NCBI GenBank assembly: GCA_016187745.1
Contig: JACPJC010000006.1
Coordinates: 104,005 to 168,004 of the forward strand
Length of the DNA: 64,000 bases
From: Candidatus Iainarchaeum sp.
Lineage (GTDB): Archaea; Iainarchaeota; Iainarchaeia; Iainarchaeales; JAXPJC01
Direction: 5' to 3'
Position numbers and translations under genes: made by a program. The notes under the pieces were generated by a model. It was not told where the DNA came from, ran no database searches, and saw only the letters and a list, made by a program, of their open reading frames with translations. Of the stretch, positions 39,301 to 48,566 are shown in pieces (position 1 is the first letter of the stretch; the number at the start of each line of letters is the position of its first letter).

Positions 39301-40585
39301 GCTTAATTCCGCCGAGAATTCCCTTGAGCCCTGAAACGCTTTCCCCTGAAGAGGCTTTTCCAAGAGCCTCCAGCTCCAAAAGGGAATTGAATTTCTGCGA
39401 TAATTCATACAGCTTTCCTGAGCTTGCCTCCTTGAAAAGCGCGATGTCGCTGATGCTCTGGGTCTGCGTTGCAATCTCGCTCTTCTGGCCAAGGAGCGCA
39501 TACAATCCCGAAAGGAAATTGGAATCAAACGGGGAATATGCCTCGGAATCAATATCCGCAATCCTTGAGTTTGAGGATGCAAGGAGCTTCTGTATTTCCT
39601 GCTTCAGCGATGCGCTTCTTTGCGAGAGGGAATCCCTTGCCCAGTAATCCTTGCGCATCAGCTCCGCAAATTCCTTCGCGACTGAATTTTCAGCCCCGGA
39701 AAAGTCATTGAAGAAATTCAGCACCTCAAATGCCGGAAACTTCAAAAGCGCATTGAGGGAGGGGTCGACCTTGCTCCGCATCGTAATGTAATTTATAATT
39801 CCCGAAATCGCATCCGTTATGAGCGGAATATAAAATTTGTTCTTTTCATTTTTTGCTGCTTCCTTGAGGAGCGGCCCGTCATAGTAGGAGATGAAATCCC
39901 ATATGTTTGATTCTTTTGTTGTTATTTTGCTGAATCCGTATGCATCCGCAAGCCTGTTGAAGGCATTTAGGCGTGAAAAATAGAATTTCACATAGCTTTC
40001 CGGGAATTTTTCATTTGCGCTTGACTGTATTGCCTCTGGGTTTTTCAGCTCATTGAGGTTGTTGTTAAGCAGTATGTAGAACGTGTAGAGCTCCTCCTCC
40101 TTTATTTTCCTGATCTCCTGCCTTTCCAAATCTGCCGCTTCCAGAAGAAGGATTTCAAAGCTTGCAGTGTTTGCAAATTCAGCGCTCCTGAATTCCTCAT
40201 TCAAGTTGCTGTTCAGTTCGTTCACATTCCTCGGAAGGAGCGCAAGATCCGAATCCGAGGCGCAGAGCTGGTAAATCCTTTTTATGTTCGCAATCGCGCG
40301 GTTGTGGAAAAGCCACGCCCTTGCAAGGTAATTTTTGTAGAGGTTCAGTTTTTGGGAAGTGGATGCTGAGAACTGCGCATCGGGGAAATTGAAGAGGCCT
40401 GCATTGACCTGCTGGAAGCAGGCTTCCTGCGTTTCGCATTTCGGGATTGAGGTTTTTGAGTGCGAGGCTAGCTGCAGGCACTGCTCCCTTTGTTCCGGGG
40501 CAAGCTTCTGCTGCAGGCAGCCCGAAGTGAGAATAAGAAATGCGAGCAGAAGCGCGAGAATTGCGAAAATTTTTTTGTTCGGCAA
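36341..40585 (-). CDS. Giant hypothetical surface protein (lipobox-like N-terminus, helical regions, Ig-like core, C-terminal TM)
   Basis: 1414-aa open frame; ILTSGC; C-terminal LPLFALIGFIFYM followed by a basic tail. Confidence 0.8.
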   Translation of the reverse strand: MPNKKIFAILALLLAFLILTSGCLQQKLAPEQREQCLQLASHSKTSIPKCETQEACFQQVNAGLFNFPDAQFSASTSQKLNLYKNYLARAWLFHNRAIANIKRIYQLCASDSDLALLPRNVNELNSNLNEEFRSAEFANTASFEILLLEAADLERQEIRKIKEEELYTFYILLNNNLNELKNPEAIQSSANEKFPESYVKFYFSRLNAFNRLADAYGFSKITTKESNIWDFISYYDGPLLKEAAKNEKNKFYIPLITDAISGIINYITMRSKVDPSLNALLKFPAFEVLNFFNDFSGAENSVAKEFAELMRKDYWARDSLSQRSASLKQEIQKLLASSNSRIADIDSEAYSPFDSNFLSGLYALLGQKSEIATQTQSISDIALFKEASSGKLYELSQKFNSLLELEALGKASSGESVSGLKGILGGIKHLNSGLDYFSSEVLQGLEVLCDSRINAIREGLNIDIESSKLSDLRARLAYNIAGYLDSNSQRQKLIACKPVIEMYNSYAGAKTDFAEFEEANENGLRNCAGYLQRLFSEGAEELKDFQPRFFKLQALLPESENPEQLLQACTQLKQDAYAYLSNNPEIQEISGKFSETGRIIEAIKGANSNYAGFVSDSEMGKINSKFSSFRKFFPENEIDLPAVMPLAPELNANLEEFSAELRSLLKDAISKYLRNSYAKELIAGEVPLLDSLYASQLRISFENPLNEALYDEIKFEIPLEGLSGLRLAYAAPNIISAEYSQGKISFALSSLPPGKTLALFDVNAVAASSEQEDKLLFVDVGKAAVRRTITIKANADLPVLKISSPAGNYPISDAFVYSDSRQIESAVNGNSIEFILQNARDRQQIEIYFSIANPVDANVGLLNSEKIDENATAYDFLISMKNNLEIPILKTRVAVPIAISAGEIRNGELFDSSGKEIGFEIIDAGKISFVVPELYPQQSMQFYFSYEVRNYLDYWQRVIDGLQSRLSSLASSESGEIAGYSASLAEELSEIGSTSDFTESRHINSISAIAKEAEKLLEREQTLLQQSSQYAQLSSQVSDEVNEAEGEIAKLTSFGYAEQAGALNSNVQKARQYAEDAQTSKSIPDYDSALGALFRAKALLNERSSKNLAMLLSNDKSALMQKANSAIERMLRFKIRDYNSLQLKEAALDLSSRIESSIMGGNYADAKSALDALAEKTDEYENAIKSQLMQKTESISEKISRFSSLLSETGLKARASRLAENFNEITQGIINRLDYIPPITRERIEKILLEITRLDSLKLGASLNEFIKKSTSQGFEEALSGYEGISPEFETRLQEAEAISAELENAERRLREDAIANYTKTNSKLNSAMLADSRIPELMKSSKSEIAKSNYLKSIALSGSAMLLLSLQDGQQQIPLLPLAALPLFALIGFIFYMRHRGRGAKQQIRFQKVLKND

Positions 40586-40662
40586 GCTTGTCCCACAAAT
40601 TCCTGCACCGAAGGATTTATAATTATTTCGTTGATTGTCGTATAGATATAAGGTGTGTTTTT

Positions 40663-40923
40663 GTGGGAATTTATTTCATTGAGCACGCGGAAAGGCGCTT
40701 TATCGAGCGCAATATCCCGGTCAATAAAATCAGGAAGATGCTGGATGAAGGAATTACAATTGATGATATTGGAGAAAAAGCCGGCAGAAAGATATGTATT
40801 TATAAGGAAGGGAACAGTTATTTTACCGTAGTTTTCCAGCCGTGCGGGGAGCATAAGTTCATAATTACCGGCTATCCATCAAAGGAATGGGAAAAGAAAA
40901 TATGCAGGGAGATTAAAAGATGA
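40663..40923 (+). CDS. DUF4258-like (RelE/BrnT-fold) putative toxin
   Basis: FIEHAERRFIERNI...IITGY. GTG start after AGGTG; ATGA overlap with the Zn-finger gene. Confidence 0.7.
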   Translation: MGIYFIEHAERRFIERNIPVNKIRKMLDEGITIDDIGEKAGRKICIYKEGNSYFTVVFQPCGEHKFIITGYPSKEWEKKICREIKR

Positions 40924-41135
40924 AATGCATCAAGTGCAACGGCAGCACAAAAATTGTTGAGACGGGAAGGGTTTTTTTTGGCAAGGTTGTGGTTAGCCCG
41001 GTCAGGGCTGAAAAATGCCTGAAGTGCGGGGAAGAATACTTGGATGAAAAAGAATATGAGAGTGTAAGGAAAAAATTGGAAAAAATTAAAGTCTGCACGC
41101 CGGAATTCCAAAAAATCCAATTGCTAGTTGTTTAA
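40920..41135 (+). CDS. YgiT/MqsA-type zinc finger putative antitoxin
   Basis: MKCIKC...CLKCGEEY. Confidence 0.75.
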   Translation: MKCIKCNGSTKIVETGRVFFGKVVVSPVRAEKCLKCGEEYLDEKEYESVRKKLEKIKVCTPEFQKIQLLVV

Positions 41136-41136
41136 T

Positions 41137-41760
41137 ATGCGCAGAACTTTGTCTGTTGTTGTTTTGCTTGCGTTCTTTATTGTATTCTTATCAACAGGCG
41201 CTTTTGCGCAGAACAAGGCAGTTGCAAAATATGCCATTGATGTTGCGCAGTTTTCCGATACCCTGAGGATAACGCTTGATGCGCTTGTGGGGGAGAACGA
41301 TTCAATAATAATACTGGGCGCGGAAAACAGGTCCTCATATGCAATTTACGACACTGGAATAATCGAGGAATTCCCTAAAGAGATTGTTTCAAGTGCGGGC
41401 GGGATTTCCAGCGCTCACAAATTCGCTGTGCTGCAGGAGGAGCCCGCAATAATTGAATGGGTTATTCCTTCCCTTATGCCAGGGGAGAAGGTTGAATTCG
41501 CATATGAACTTAAAATTAGGGTTGATGAGAACGCGCTCAAAAGCATTTCAACCTACCCGAAAATGGGCAGAATCACCAAAAGCGCAGTTCCCAATATTTT
41601 TTCCCCGCTGAGGAGCAATTTCACGACAGCATTTGCTGCGCTTAAGGAAACGGACCCGCAGGCGGCAGCTGCGGTAATTGCGGTATTTGCCATATTGTTC
41701 GCACTGGCACACATGCATAATCCGAAAGGGAAGGGAAGGCGCAAACAGAAATTCTTTTAA
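41137..41760 (+). CDS. Hypothetical secreted, membrane-anchored protein
   Basis: Signal peptide, IIEWVIPSLMPGE Ig-like motif, C-terminal TM and basic tail. Confidence 0.7.
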   Translation: MRRTLSVVVLLAFFIVFLSTGAFAQNKAVAKYAIDVAQFSDTLRITLDALVGENDSIIILGAENRSSYAIYDTGIIEEFPKEIVSSAGGISSAHKFAVLQEEPAIIEWVIPSLMPGEKVEFAYELKIRVDENALKSISTYPKMGRITKSAVPNIFSPLRSNFTTAFAALKETDPQAAAAVIAVFAILFALAHMHNPKGKGRRKQKFF

Positions 41761-41804
41761 ATGCGTTAGGATGTAATTAATCAGGAATTTGGAGTTGGAA
41801 AATA

Positions 41805-44684
41805 TTGCACAACAAAGATAGCAGATTCCCATTATTTTGCTTGCTGGTTGCGCTGTTTGCAATTGTTCTATTCCAGGGCGTTTCCGCTGTTTATTCCTGG
41901 AACCTGCAGTCAAGCACTGGAACTGCAACGGCATGGAGCAACCACAAATACTTGGCAAGGGCCGATGAGAATACGCTCTATGCAATATTTGTAAGCGACA
42001 ACAATGTTTATTTCACCCGCTCAACAAATGACGGGATTGACTGGAATGCGCCTGTACTGATCAGTACACTAAAGAAGGGGGTTAGGGAGCCTTCTGTTAA
42101 TCCCTCAATTTTGCTGGATTCAAGCAATGTGCTGCATGTTGTGTGGCAGGACTGGTATTACAGTGACCAAAGTAAAAATTGGGAGATTTTCTACAGGAGC
42201 TGCGACACAGCGCTTGCTGATTGCACCAATGCAGGCAACTGGAGCGCAATAACAGACATAAGCAATGATGCTGCTGAAAATAATTATCCGCTGATGGCAA
42301 TTGATTCAGGCAATGCCAAGCATGTGATATGGCAGCAGAATAGGGAAATTTATTACACAAAGTGCTCATCAAACTGCAATGTTGCGGGCAATTGGAGCGC
42401 TGCGGTAAATGTGAGCAATACGGCAACAGAATCATACAATCCCTCAATAGTTGTAACATCCGACAGGAACGTTGGGATTGTCTGGGAAGAAGTGACAACT
42501 CCTGAAGAGATTTATTACAAGACCTGCGCCTCTGCAACAGCAGATTGCTCAAGCTTCTCTAACTGGAGCGCTGCGGTAAATGTGAGCAATGATGCAAACG
42601 AATCCTTCTACGCAAGGGCCGTTGTTGATTCCGCGGACAGGACGCATATTGTATGGAGCGAAACCGGCGATGATTTCTCTAGCTCTTATACGCTTTACAA
42701 ATCCTGCGCGGGCGCCTGCGGAAACGCAGCAAAATGGAAAAACAAGGCGCTGGTGAGCGACTGGAACTCCGGGAAATTGAATGAGGATGCGTTTATCATT
42801 ACGGATTCCAGCAACAGGGCGCACATATTCTGGCTTGAGACTGCAAATGGCATTGGGAACATAAGATACAGGACAAGAACTTCTGCAGGCACTTGGGGCG
42901 CAATAACAGAGCTTACAAATGATTTGAGCATTGGCTATTTGGGAATCACATGCAATTACGCTGATTTCAATCCTGCTGCGAATTACGAGAAGCTTGATTG
43001 CGTGTGGACAAACAAATCAAACAGCAAGCTAGTGTATTTTGCAATAACAAAGGAGCCTGTTCCGATAAGCGTTCCGGGCGACCAGGGAAAGCTGCTGCCA
43101 ACGCATACATATCTGACAGTAAATCCCACAAACCTTTCAAGCGCAACCCCGGCAGGCGCAAACACCATAACCGTAACTGAATTCAGCATTTACTCCCCCT
43201 ATACATTCGGTGCCGGAACCCTGCTCCCGTGGTATTACGTAATCAACAGCACCCTTAACAACTACACATTCACAATACGGCTTGTTGTTTCATATTTGGA
43301 CAGGGACAATGACGGCTATGAGGACATAACAGGAAGGGATGAGAATACGCTTGCGGTTGCGTATTGGGACAATGGCCAATGGACAACAGTAAGCGGCTCT
43401 GTGAACCAAACAAACAACTATATCCTTATAACAACAGACCATTTCTCAACATTTTCGCTGGTTTCGCTTGACAATCCTGAGCCGCAGCTGGCTGTTGCAA
43501 CCCTGAGTGTCACTCCAAAGAAGAAAAATATCAGGGAGGACAGTAAATTTGATTTTGTTGTGCATGTTACGGGCGCCGGGGATTTGAGTGCATTTGCAAA
43601 CGCAACAAGCGCAACATTCAGCAATGGCGCTTATGCGCTTACTGGAATAAATTATGATGCTGCAAATAACCAGCTTGACATGAAGATTGATGCGGGAGTA
43701 CTGGAAGAAAACATTTATGAATTTGAGCTGCTCTCAATAGATGGCACAAAGTTCAGCACAAATCTGGATTCTGCAACAGTCTTCAGGCCAGGGCCTGGCC
43801 TTTCCTCTGCAAAAAAAAAACTAATTTCCCCGGGGATAACCCCTGATATGCTGTTCTACCCCTTCAAAAGGCTCTTTGAGAACTTGGACCTTCTTTTCAC
43901 ATTTGAAAAGGCGCAAAGGATAGAGAAGCATGCGCACTATGCGGAACTCAGGCTGAGCGAGGCTGTTGCCATGGTCGAGGCGGATAAGCCCGAATATGTC
44001 GATGCCCTGCTTGAGCAGTACGTATATAACATGTCCGCATCAAACAAGGAGTTCAAGGAGGTTGAGGATCTCGCAGACATGTATCCGGATCTGAGCGAGC
44101 TGCTTGCTGAAGCAACTGCAATACATTTGCGTGTCATTGGGGAAGTTTCAGGAAATGTTTCCAAAGCAGCACAGGACACATTGGATAGGGTTGAGGACAT
44201 CTCATCAATCGGGCATGAGCAGGCGGTAAAAACCCTTGCAAAAGAAAATCCTGCAAAGGCCGCGGATATTGTAATAGGCGCCGGCATTGATGCCCTTGAC
44301 AAGGCAGTTTCTGCCACCGGAGAGATGAAAGAGGGCGAGGCCAAAAAGAACATTGAATCATTTGAGAGGCATCTGCAAACAGCGGGTGAAATAATCCAGG
44401 CCGCAGGAGAATCCGGGAAGGAAACAACAAGTGCAGAGAGGGCAATTGCTGTTGTGGCAGCAGAGAGCATTGAAAAGCTGCTTCAGATACATGATGAAAG
44501 TTCCTCTGGCACAACAAGGGAAGCGGCGGAAAACGCAATAATAAACGCGCTTGAAGAGCACAGCAGGGCTGTTACTGCACTTGAGGACAAGAGCGAAGAG
44601 GCAAAGGAGAAATCAGCAATCCCAAGCGAGATTAGGGAAAAAATTGAAAGGATAAAAGAAGAAGTGGGAAATAGGGCAAAATAG
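41805..44684 (+). CDS. Secreted BNR/sialidase-like beta-propeller fused to a DUF5667-like helical domain
   Basis: Signal peptide, STNDGIDW, repeated D-S-x-x-x-x-H-I/V-V-W blades, TDHFSTF, PGITPDMLFYPFKRLFE. Confidence 0.75.
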   Translation: MHNKDSRFPLFCLLVALFAIVLFQGVSAVYSWNLQSSTGTATAWSNHKYLARADENTLYAIFVSDNNVYFTRSTNDGIDWNAPVLISTLKKGVREPSVNPSILLDSSNVLHVVWQDWYYSDQSKNWEIFYRSCDTALADCTNAGNWSAITDISNDAAENNYPLMAIDSGNAKHVIWQQNREIYYTKCSSNCNVAGNWSAAVNVSNTATESYNPSIVVTSDRNVGIVWEEVTTPEEIYYKTCASATADCSSFSNWSAAVNVSNDANESFYARAVVDSADRTHIVWSETGDDFSSSYTLYKSCAGACGNAAKWKNKALVSDWNSGKLNEDAFIITDSSNRAHIFWLETANGIGNIRYRTRTSAGTWGAITELTNDLSIGYLGITCNYADFNPAANYEKLDCVWTNKSNSKLVYFAITKEPVPISVPGDQGKLLPTHTYLTVNPTNLSSATPAGANTITVTEFSIYSPYTFGAGTLLPWYYVINSTLNNYTFTIRLVVSYLDRDNDGYEDITGRDENTLAVAYWDNGQWTTVSGSVNQTNNYILITTDHFSTFSLVSLDNPEPQLAVATLSVTPKKKNIREDSKFDFVVHVTGAGDLSAFANATSATFSNGAYALTGINYDAANNQLDMKIDAGVLEENIYEFELLSIDGTKFSTNLDSATVFRPGPGLSSAKKKLISPGITPDMLFYPFKRLFENLDLLFTFEKAQRIEKHAHYAELRLSEAVAMVEADKPEYVDALLEQYVYNMSASNKEFKEVEDLADMYPDLSELLAEATAIHLRVIGEVSGNVSKAAQDTLDRVEDISSIGHEQAVKTLAKENPAKAADIVIGAGIDALDKAVSATGEMKEGEAKKNIESFERHLQTAGEIIQAAGESGKETTSAERAIAVVAAESIEKLLQIHDESSSGTTREAAENAIINALEEHSRAVTALEDKSEEAKEKSAIPSEIREKIERIKEEVGNRAK

Positions 44685-44719
44685 GAAAGAAATTAAGATT
44701 ATCCTGTAATAGTGTAAAT

Positions 44720-45310
44720 ATGCTTTCTGCTGCAGACGGCAAGGAATTTGTGAGAGTTGCGCGGAAGAGCGTTGCATATTATCTGCATACTGGCGCACTG
44801 CTTAAAGAGGCAAGCCCTGATGCACGCTATAATGAGAAGCGCGGTGTTTTTGTAACGCTGCATTCCTTTCCTGAAAGGGAATTGCGCGGGTGCATTGGAT
44901 ACCCTGAACCCGTTGCTCCTCTTTGGCGCGCAATAATCGAGAATGCGGTGAATGCTGCATTTTCTGACCCGAGGTTTGCGCCATTGCAGGCGAATGAGCT
45001 TGAGAAAATCATAATTGAGGTTTCAGTGCTTACAAAGCCAGTTGCAATGCGCTGTGAGAGGAATGTGCTCCCAAAAAAAATAAAAATCGGGAAGGACGGG
45101 CTGATTATAAGGAAGGGCTTTAATTCCGGATTGCTGCTTCCCCAAGTGGCAAGCGAATTGAAATGGAATTCAGAGCAGTTCCTGTGCGCGCTCTGCGGAA
45201 AGGCAGGATTGAATGAAAGCGCGTGGAAGGATGAGAAGGCGGAAATATGCACATTCCAATCGCAGATATTTGCAGAGGAAAGGCCTAATGGGAGGATTAT
45301 AAAATATTAA
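44720..45310 (+). CDS. AMMECR1-domain protein
   Basis: GVFVTL, LRGCIG, DPRF, GLLLPQV. Confidence 0.93.
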   Translation: MLSAADGKEFVRVARKSVAYYLHTGALLKEASPDARYNEKRGVFVTLHSFPERELRGCIGYPEPVAPLWRAIIENAVNAAFSDPRFAPLQANELEKIIIEVSVLTKPVAMRCERNVLPKKIKIGKDGLIIRKGFNSGLLLPQVASELKWNSEQFLCALCGKAGLNESAWKDEKAEICTFQSQIFAEERPNGRIIKY

Positions 45311-45320
45311 TGATTTTATT

Positions 45321-46445
45321 TCAGCCAAGCATTGACTGCCCCTTCGACCATCTCTCGGATATTTCGCTTGCGGACAAGGCCCTGTTGTGCACTGCAAGCT
45401 CATCAACCTTGCCGTCGAAATTTGTTGAGGTTCCGCCTCCGCCGGAGCCGATGTAAAGGTTCTTGGTCAGCGCGGGGTTTATTGGGCCTGTGTAAGCCTG
45501 TGCCGTTCCTTCAGCGCCATCAACATAAATTCTGATATAGTTGCCATCATAAGTGCCAACAATATAGCTCCACTTTCCAATATAAGTGGAAGAGGGGAAC
45601 TGCTTGTACGCGCTGCTCAGGTTGTTTTCAACGCTGAATCTTATTTTCTCAGGCCCGAACCACACCCCATAGCCCTCAAACAGCCCGCCGAGGAATTTGC
45701 CAACGGGGGACCTATCTTGGACTATGGCATCAGGATTTATCCATGCCTCAACCGTGATTTTATCCGTAATGTTAAGGCTTGCGCCATTGCCGCAATCGGC
45801 CTGGCTATATAGATTGCCACCAGGATCAGAAATGAATTCCAGACCGCCGCCAAATGCCCCGCTGACCCAGAATACATTAGCAGGATTCCATAGCAGGCAG
45901 TCATTGTGATTTGAAGTTGCATCAAACAGATTATCCCCCGAGCCCTCATTGAAGTGCCATAATGCAACCGTATTCGCATCAGGCTGCATTAGTTCAGTTC
46001 CTGCAGCCCTCTGGCTTGCCTTCCCCACACATGTGATTTTCTCATAATGCCTTCCATACCTGCCCCGCTTATAGCTTACTGTTATTTCCCCCTTGTACGT
46101 GTCTCCTGCCTTTTTTGTTGTCTGGCCTGAAACCTTGAAGAAATTCCCTTCCAGGACTGTGTTTGCGCTTATTGCCCCCTGCCCTGAGAAATCCCCGCTG
46201 AAGCTTGCTTCAAGCTCTGTTATCCTATAGCCTGTGCCATTTGCGAGATATAGCGAGAAATAGCCGTTGTGGTCCATTGTATGGTCATTATATGCGAGAA
46301 ACTGCGAGCCCGTGCAATATTCTGCGCTTGGCGCATTCAATATGCCCATAAAAACAAGCACTCCAACCACTATCGCTATTATGACCAATGCAAAGCCATA
46401 GGTTGTTAAGTATTCCAGGGCCGCCTGCCCTTTGTTTTTGCGCAT
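45321..46445 (-). CDS. Pilin-like protein (class III signal peptide) with a single LamG domain
   Basis: KG|QAALEYL; LWHFNEGSG...FDGKVDELAVHNRAL. Paralogous N-terminus to 18846..24293. Confidence 0.88.
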   Translation of the reverse strand: MRKNKGQAALEYLTTYGFALVIIAIVVGVLVFMGILNAPSAEYCTGSQFLAYNDHTMDHNGYFSLYLANGTGYRITELEASFSGDFSGQGAISANTVLEGNFFKVSGQTTKKAGDTYKGEITVSYKRGRYGRHYEKITCVGKASQRAAGTELMQPDANTVALWHFNEGSGDNLFDATSNHNDCLLWNPANVFWVSGAFGGGLEFISDPGGNLYSQADCGNGASLNITDKITVEAWINPDAIVQDRSPVGKFLGGLFEGYGVWFGPEKIRFSVENNLSSAYKQFPSSTYIGKWSYIVGTYDGNYIRIYVDGAEGTAQAYTGPINPALTKNLYIGSGGGGTSTNFDGKVDELAVHNRALSASEISERWSKGQSMLG

Positions 46446-46537
46446 TTGCGGAATATATGGAAATTGGGCTATATTAAGATATTGATGCTGCCGGCAGGGG
46501 AAAATAATTTAATGCCCGTAGCTTTAATGTGATGCAG

Positions 46538-47119
46538 CTATTCGCCTGATACGCATTTTCCTGAAACGCATTTGGGATTTGGACCCGGGGCGCATAAATC
46601 TATTATTGTTGAGCACTGCCGGGTGTATGTGTCCATCTTATTATAGAACGGCTCTTTATCAATGGCTTTATTTATGAAATGGTAGCAGCCGAATTCAATG
46701 TAGCTGCCGCCCAGAATAAGGACATCGCAGTCAGCATCTTCAGAGCAATAGTTTGATTCATCAATATCATTCTCTATCTCATCATGCATGCTCTGGCATG
46801 AGCTTTCAACATTCAAATCAATTCCTTCCCTGCAGGCATTCAAATCTATTAAGAGCTTGTCATTCTGCTCATTGAGGAGTTTTGTGAGTGTTTGAAGGGA
46901 ATCGTTTTCCGCAATGAACTGCTTGTTGAGAAGCGGCTCAACATACTGGTGCTGGACGAAGCTGCCGATTACAATCCCGATAATGAGAAGGAACAGCATG
47001 AAGATTCTTGTTGCGCTGAAAAGTCCAGGGGAGGATTTGCGCCTGAACCTGCGCGCATCCCCTTCAGAATCGTCATCCTCATATTTGCTTGAAACATCGC
47101 GCAGGTCCATTTTGCTCAT
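46538..47119 (-). CDS. Hypothetical bitopic protein: TM, coiled coil, Cys-rich domain
   Basis: One TM, heptads, nine Cys in the C-terminal half. ATGA overlap with taw1. Confidence 0.7.
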   Translation of the reverse strand: MSKMDLRDVSSKYEDDDSEGDARRFRRKSSPGLFSATRIFMLFLLIIGIVIGSFVQHQYVEPLLNKQFIAENDSLQTLTKLLNEQNDKLLIDLNACREGIDLNVESSCQSMHDEIENDIDESNYCSEDADCDVLILGGSYIEFGCYHFINKAIDKEPFYNKMDTYTRQCSTIIDLCAPGPNPKCVSGKCVSGE

Positions 47120-48048
47120 TCCTCAAATTTTATTTTCCTTTTGGTTTTGCCGTTCCAGAGCAGCGCTACCCTGCTCTTTTCATCGGCATCTGCAAATTTA
47201 TAGCCAAGGTGCTTATTAAGTTTTTCTGAGAACTCCTTCACTTCGGCGAATGTTGGCATGTTCTCCCGCTGCAGGCGCAGCCTTGAGAAGCCCACATGCA
47301 TATAGCTCTTCAGCTCAACAAAATCCGGATTCGCTTTTTCAATCAGCGCGGCGTATTCCTTTTCCGAATGCATGTTCATCCCCTTAATGAGGGTTATGCG
47401 CACTGCCTTGCGGGTTTTCAGCTCCGGGAAAAGCTCAAGGGTCTCATTGAATCTTTTCCAGGAATCCCTTATTATGGGCTGGTTTATTTTTTTGTGCAGC
47501 GCCTCATCCGGGGCGGAAAGCGAAACATACAACTGAGTGGGCAGCTTCATTTTTTCAAGCACTTGCGGATTTGCGCCGTTTGTAACAAGGAATGTGGAAA
47601 GGCCTGATTTTTTGCATTCTGAAACCAGTTCCGAGATTTTTGGATAGGCTGTTGGCTCTCCTGCAAGGGAAATTGCAACGTGCCTGGGGTTCTGCGCCTC
47701 CAATAATTTTTTCTTTCCAATGCTTTCAATCAGGCTGCCGAAGCCCGAGAGGAGAATGCGCTGCTGCTTTATGGTTTCCTGTACAATTTCCTTCGGGGAA
47801 TCGAATCCATCCATTGCGCTCCCTGTTGTATTGAGCGGGCGCCAGCAGTAAAGGCATTTCTGCGTGCAGAAGGCGACCGCAGGGCTGAACTGAATGCAGC
47901 GATGGCTTTCAATTCCGTAGAATTTGTTCTTGTAGCAGTACTGGTTTTTTGTCAGCGCTGCCTTAGTCCAGTGGCAGAGCTTCACAGCGGAGTGCCCGAA
48001 GAGCGCATAATGCTGCTTCCGCAGGGTTGAAATCAAATCATCCGGCAT
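47116..48048 (-). CDS. taw1: 4-demethylwyosine synthase Taw1/TYW1 (radical SAM)
   Basis: HSAVKLCHW, CYKNKFYGIESHRC, CTQKCLYC, ISLAGEP, KSYMHVG. Confidence 0.95.
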   Translation of the reverse strand: MPDDLISTLRKQHYALFGHSAVKLCHWTKAALTKNQYCYKNKFYGIESHRCIQFSPAVAFCTQKCLYCWRPLNTTGSAMDGFDSPKEIVQETIKQQRILLSGFGSLIESIGKKKLLEAQNPRHVAISLAGEPTAYPKISELVSECKKSGLSTFLVTNGANPQVLEKMKLPTQLYVSLSAPDEALHKKINQPIIRDSWKRFNETLELFPELKTRKAVRITLIKGMNMHSEKEYAALIEKANPDFVELKSYMHVGFSRLRLQRENMPTFAEVKEFSEKLNKHLGYKFADADEKSRVALLWNGKTKRKIKFEE

Positions 48049-48215
48049 ATAATGCGAAGGGGCTTTCATAATGAATTTGGGCAGGGAAACATTAAAACCC
48101 TTATGTATAATCGTGAATTTGCGCATTTTTCGGAGCAATTTCCTGAAAAGAGAGAAAACTTTATAAATATGTTATTAGATTATAGGTATGAATTATAAAT
48201 TCGGGGTGAAATTCA

Positions 48216-48479
48216 ATGTACAAATACACAATTGCAAGGCAGCTTGCAACAAAGCGCGTCATTACCAACAGGGGAGATGAGGTTGGAAAACTGGTGGATC
48301 TTCTCGTGAATGAGACAACAGGTGAAATTGAATACCTGCTTGTTGAGATAGACAGGGAGAGCAAGGTAATAAAGCGCATAGGCGCGCACGAGAGGCAGCT
48401 GCAAATCCCATACTCTGCGGTAACAGCAGTAAGCGACGTTTTCATAGTGGATGAGCGCGAGCTTGCAAAAGCAGAATGA
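48216..48479 (+). CDS. PRC-barrel domain protein (CdpB-like)
   Basis: KRVITNRGDEVGKLVDLLVNETTGEIEYL...IPYSAVTAVSD. Confidence 0.88.
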   Translation: MYKYTIARQLATKRVITNRGDEVGKLVDLLVNETTGEIEYLLVEIDRESKVIKRIGAHERQLQIPYSAVTAVSDVFIVDERELAKAE

Positions 48480-48566
48480 ACTGGAATGCAAAAAGCGTTA
48501 TATTTATAAGTCCTACCCTTTATCTACTTACTAATTATTATTTTGCTTGCGTGCGGAGGAATATCC

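Noticed and set aside
41251-41263. Reverse-strand match GGTATCGGAAAA to the hairpin element
   Set aside because: Left arm only, no complementary arm, and inside a coding region; probably chance.
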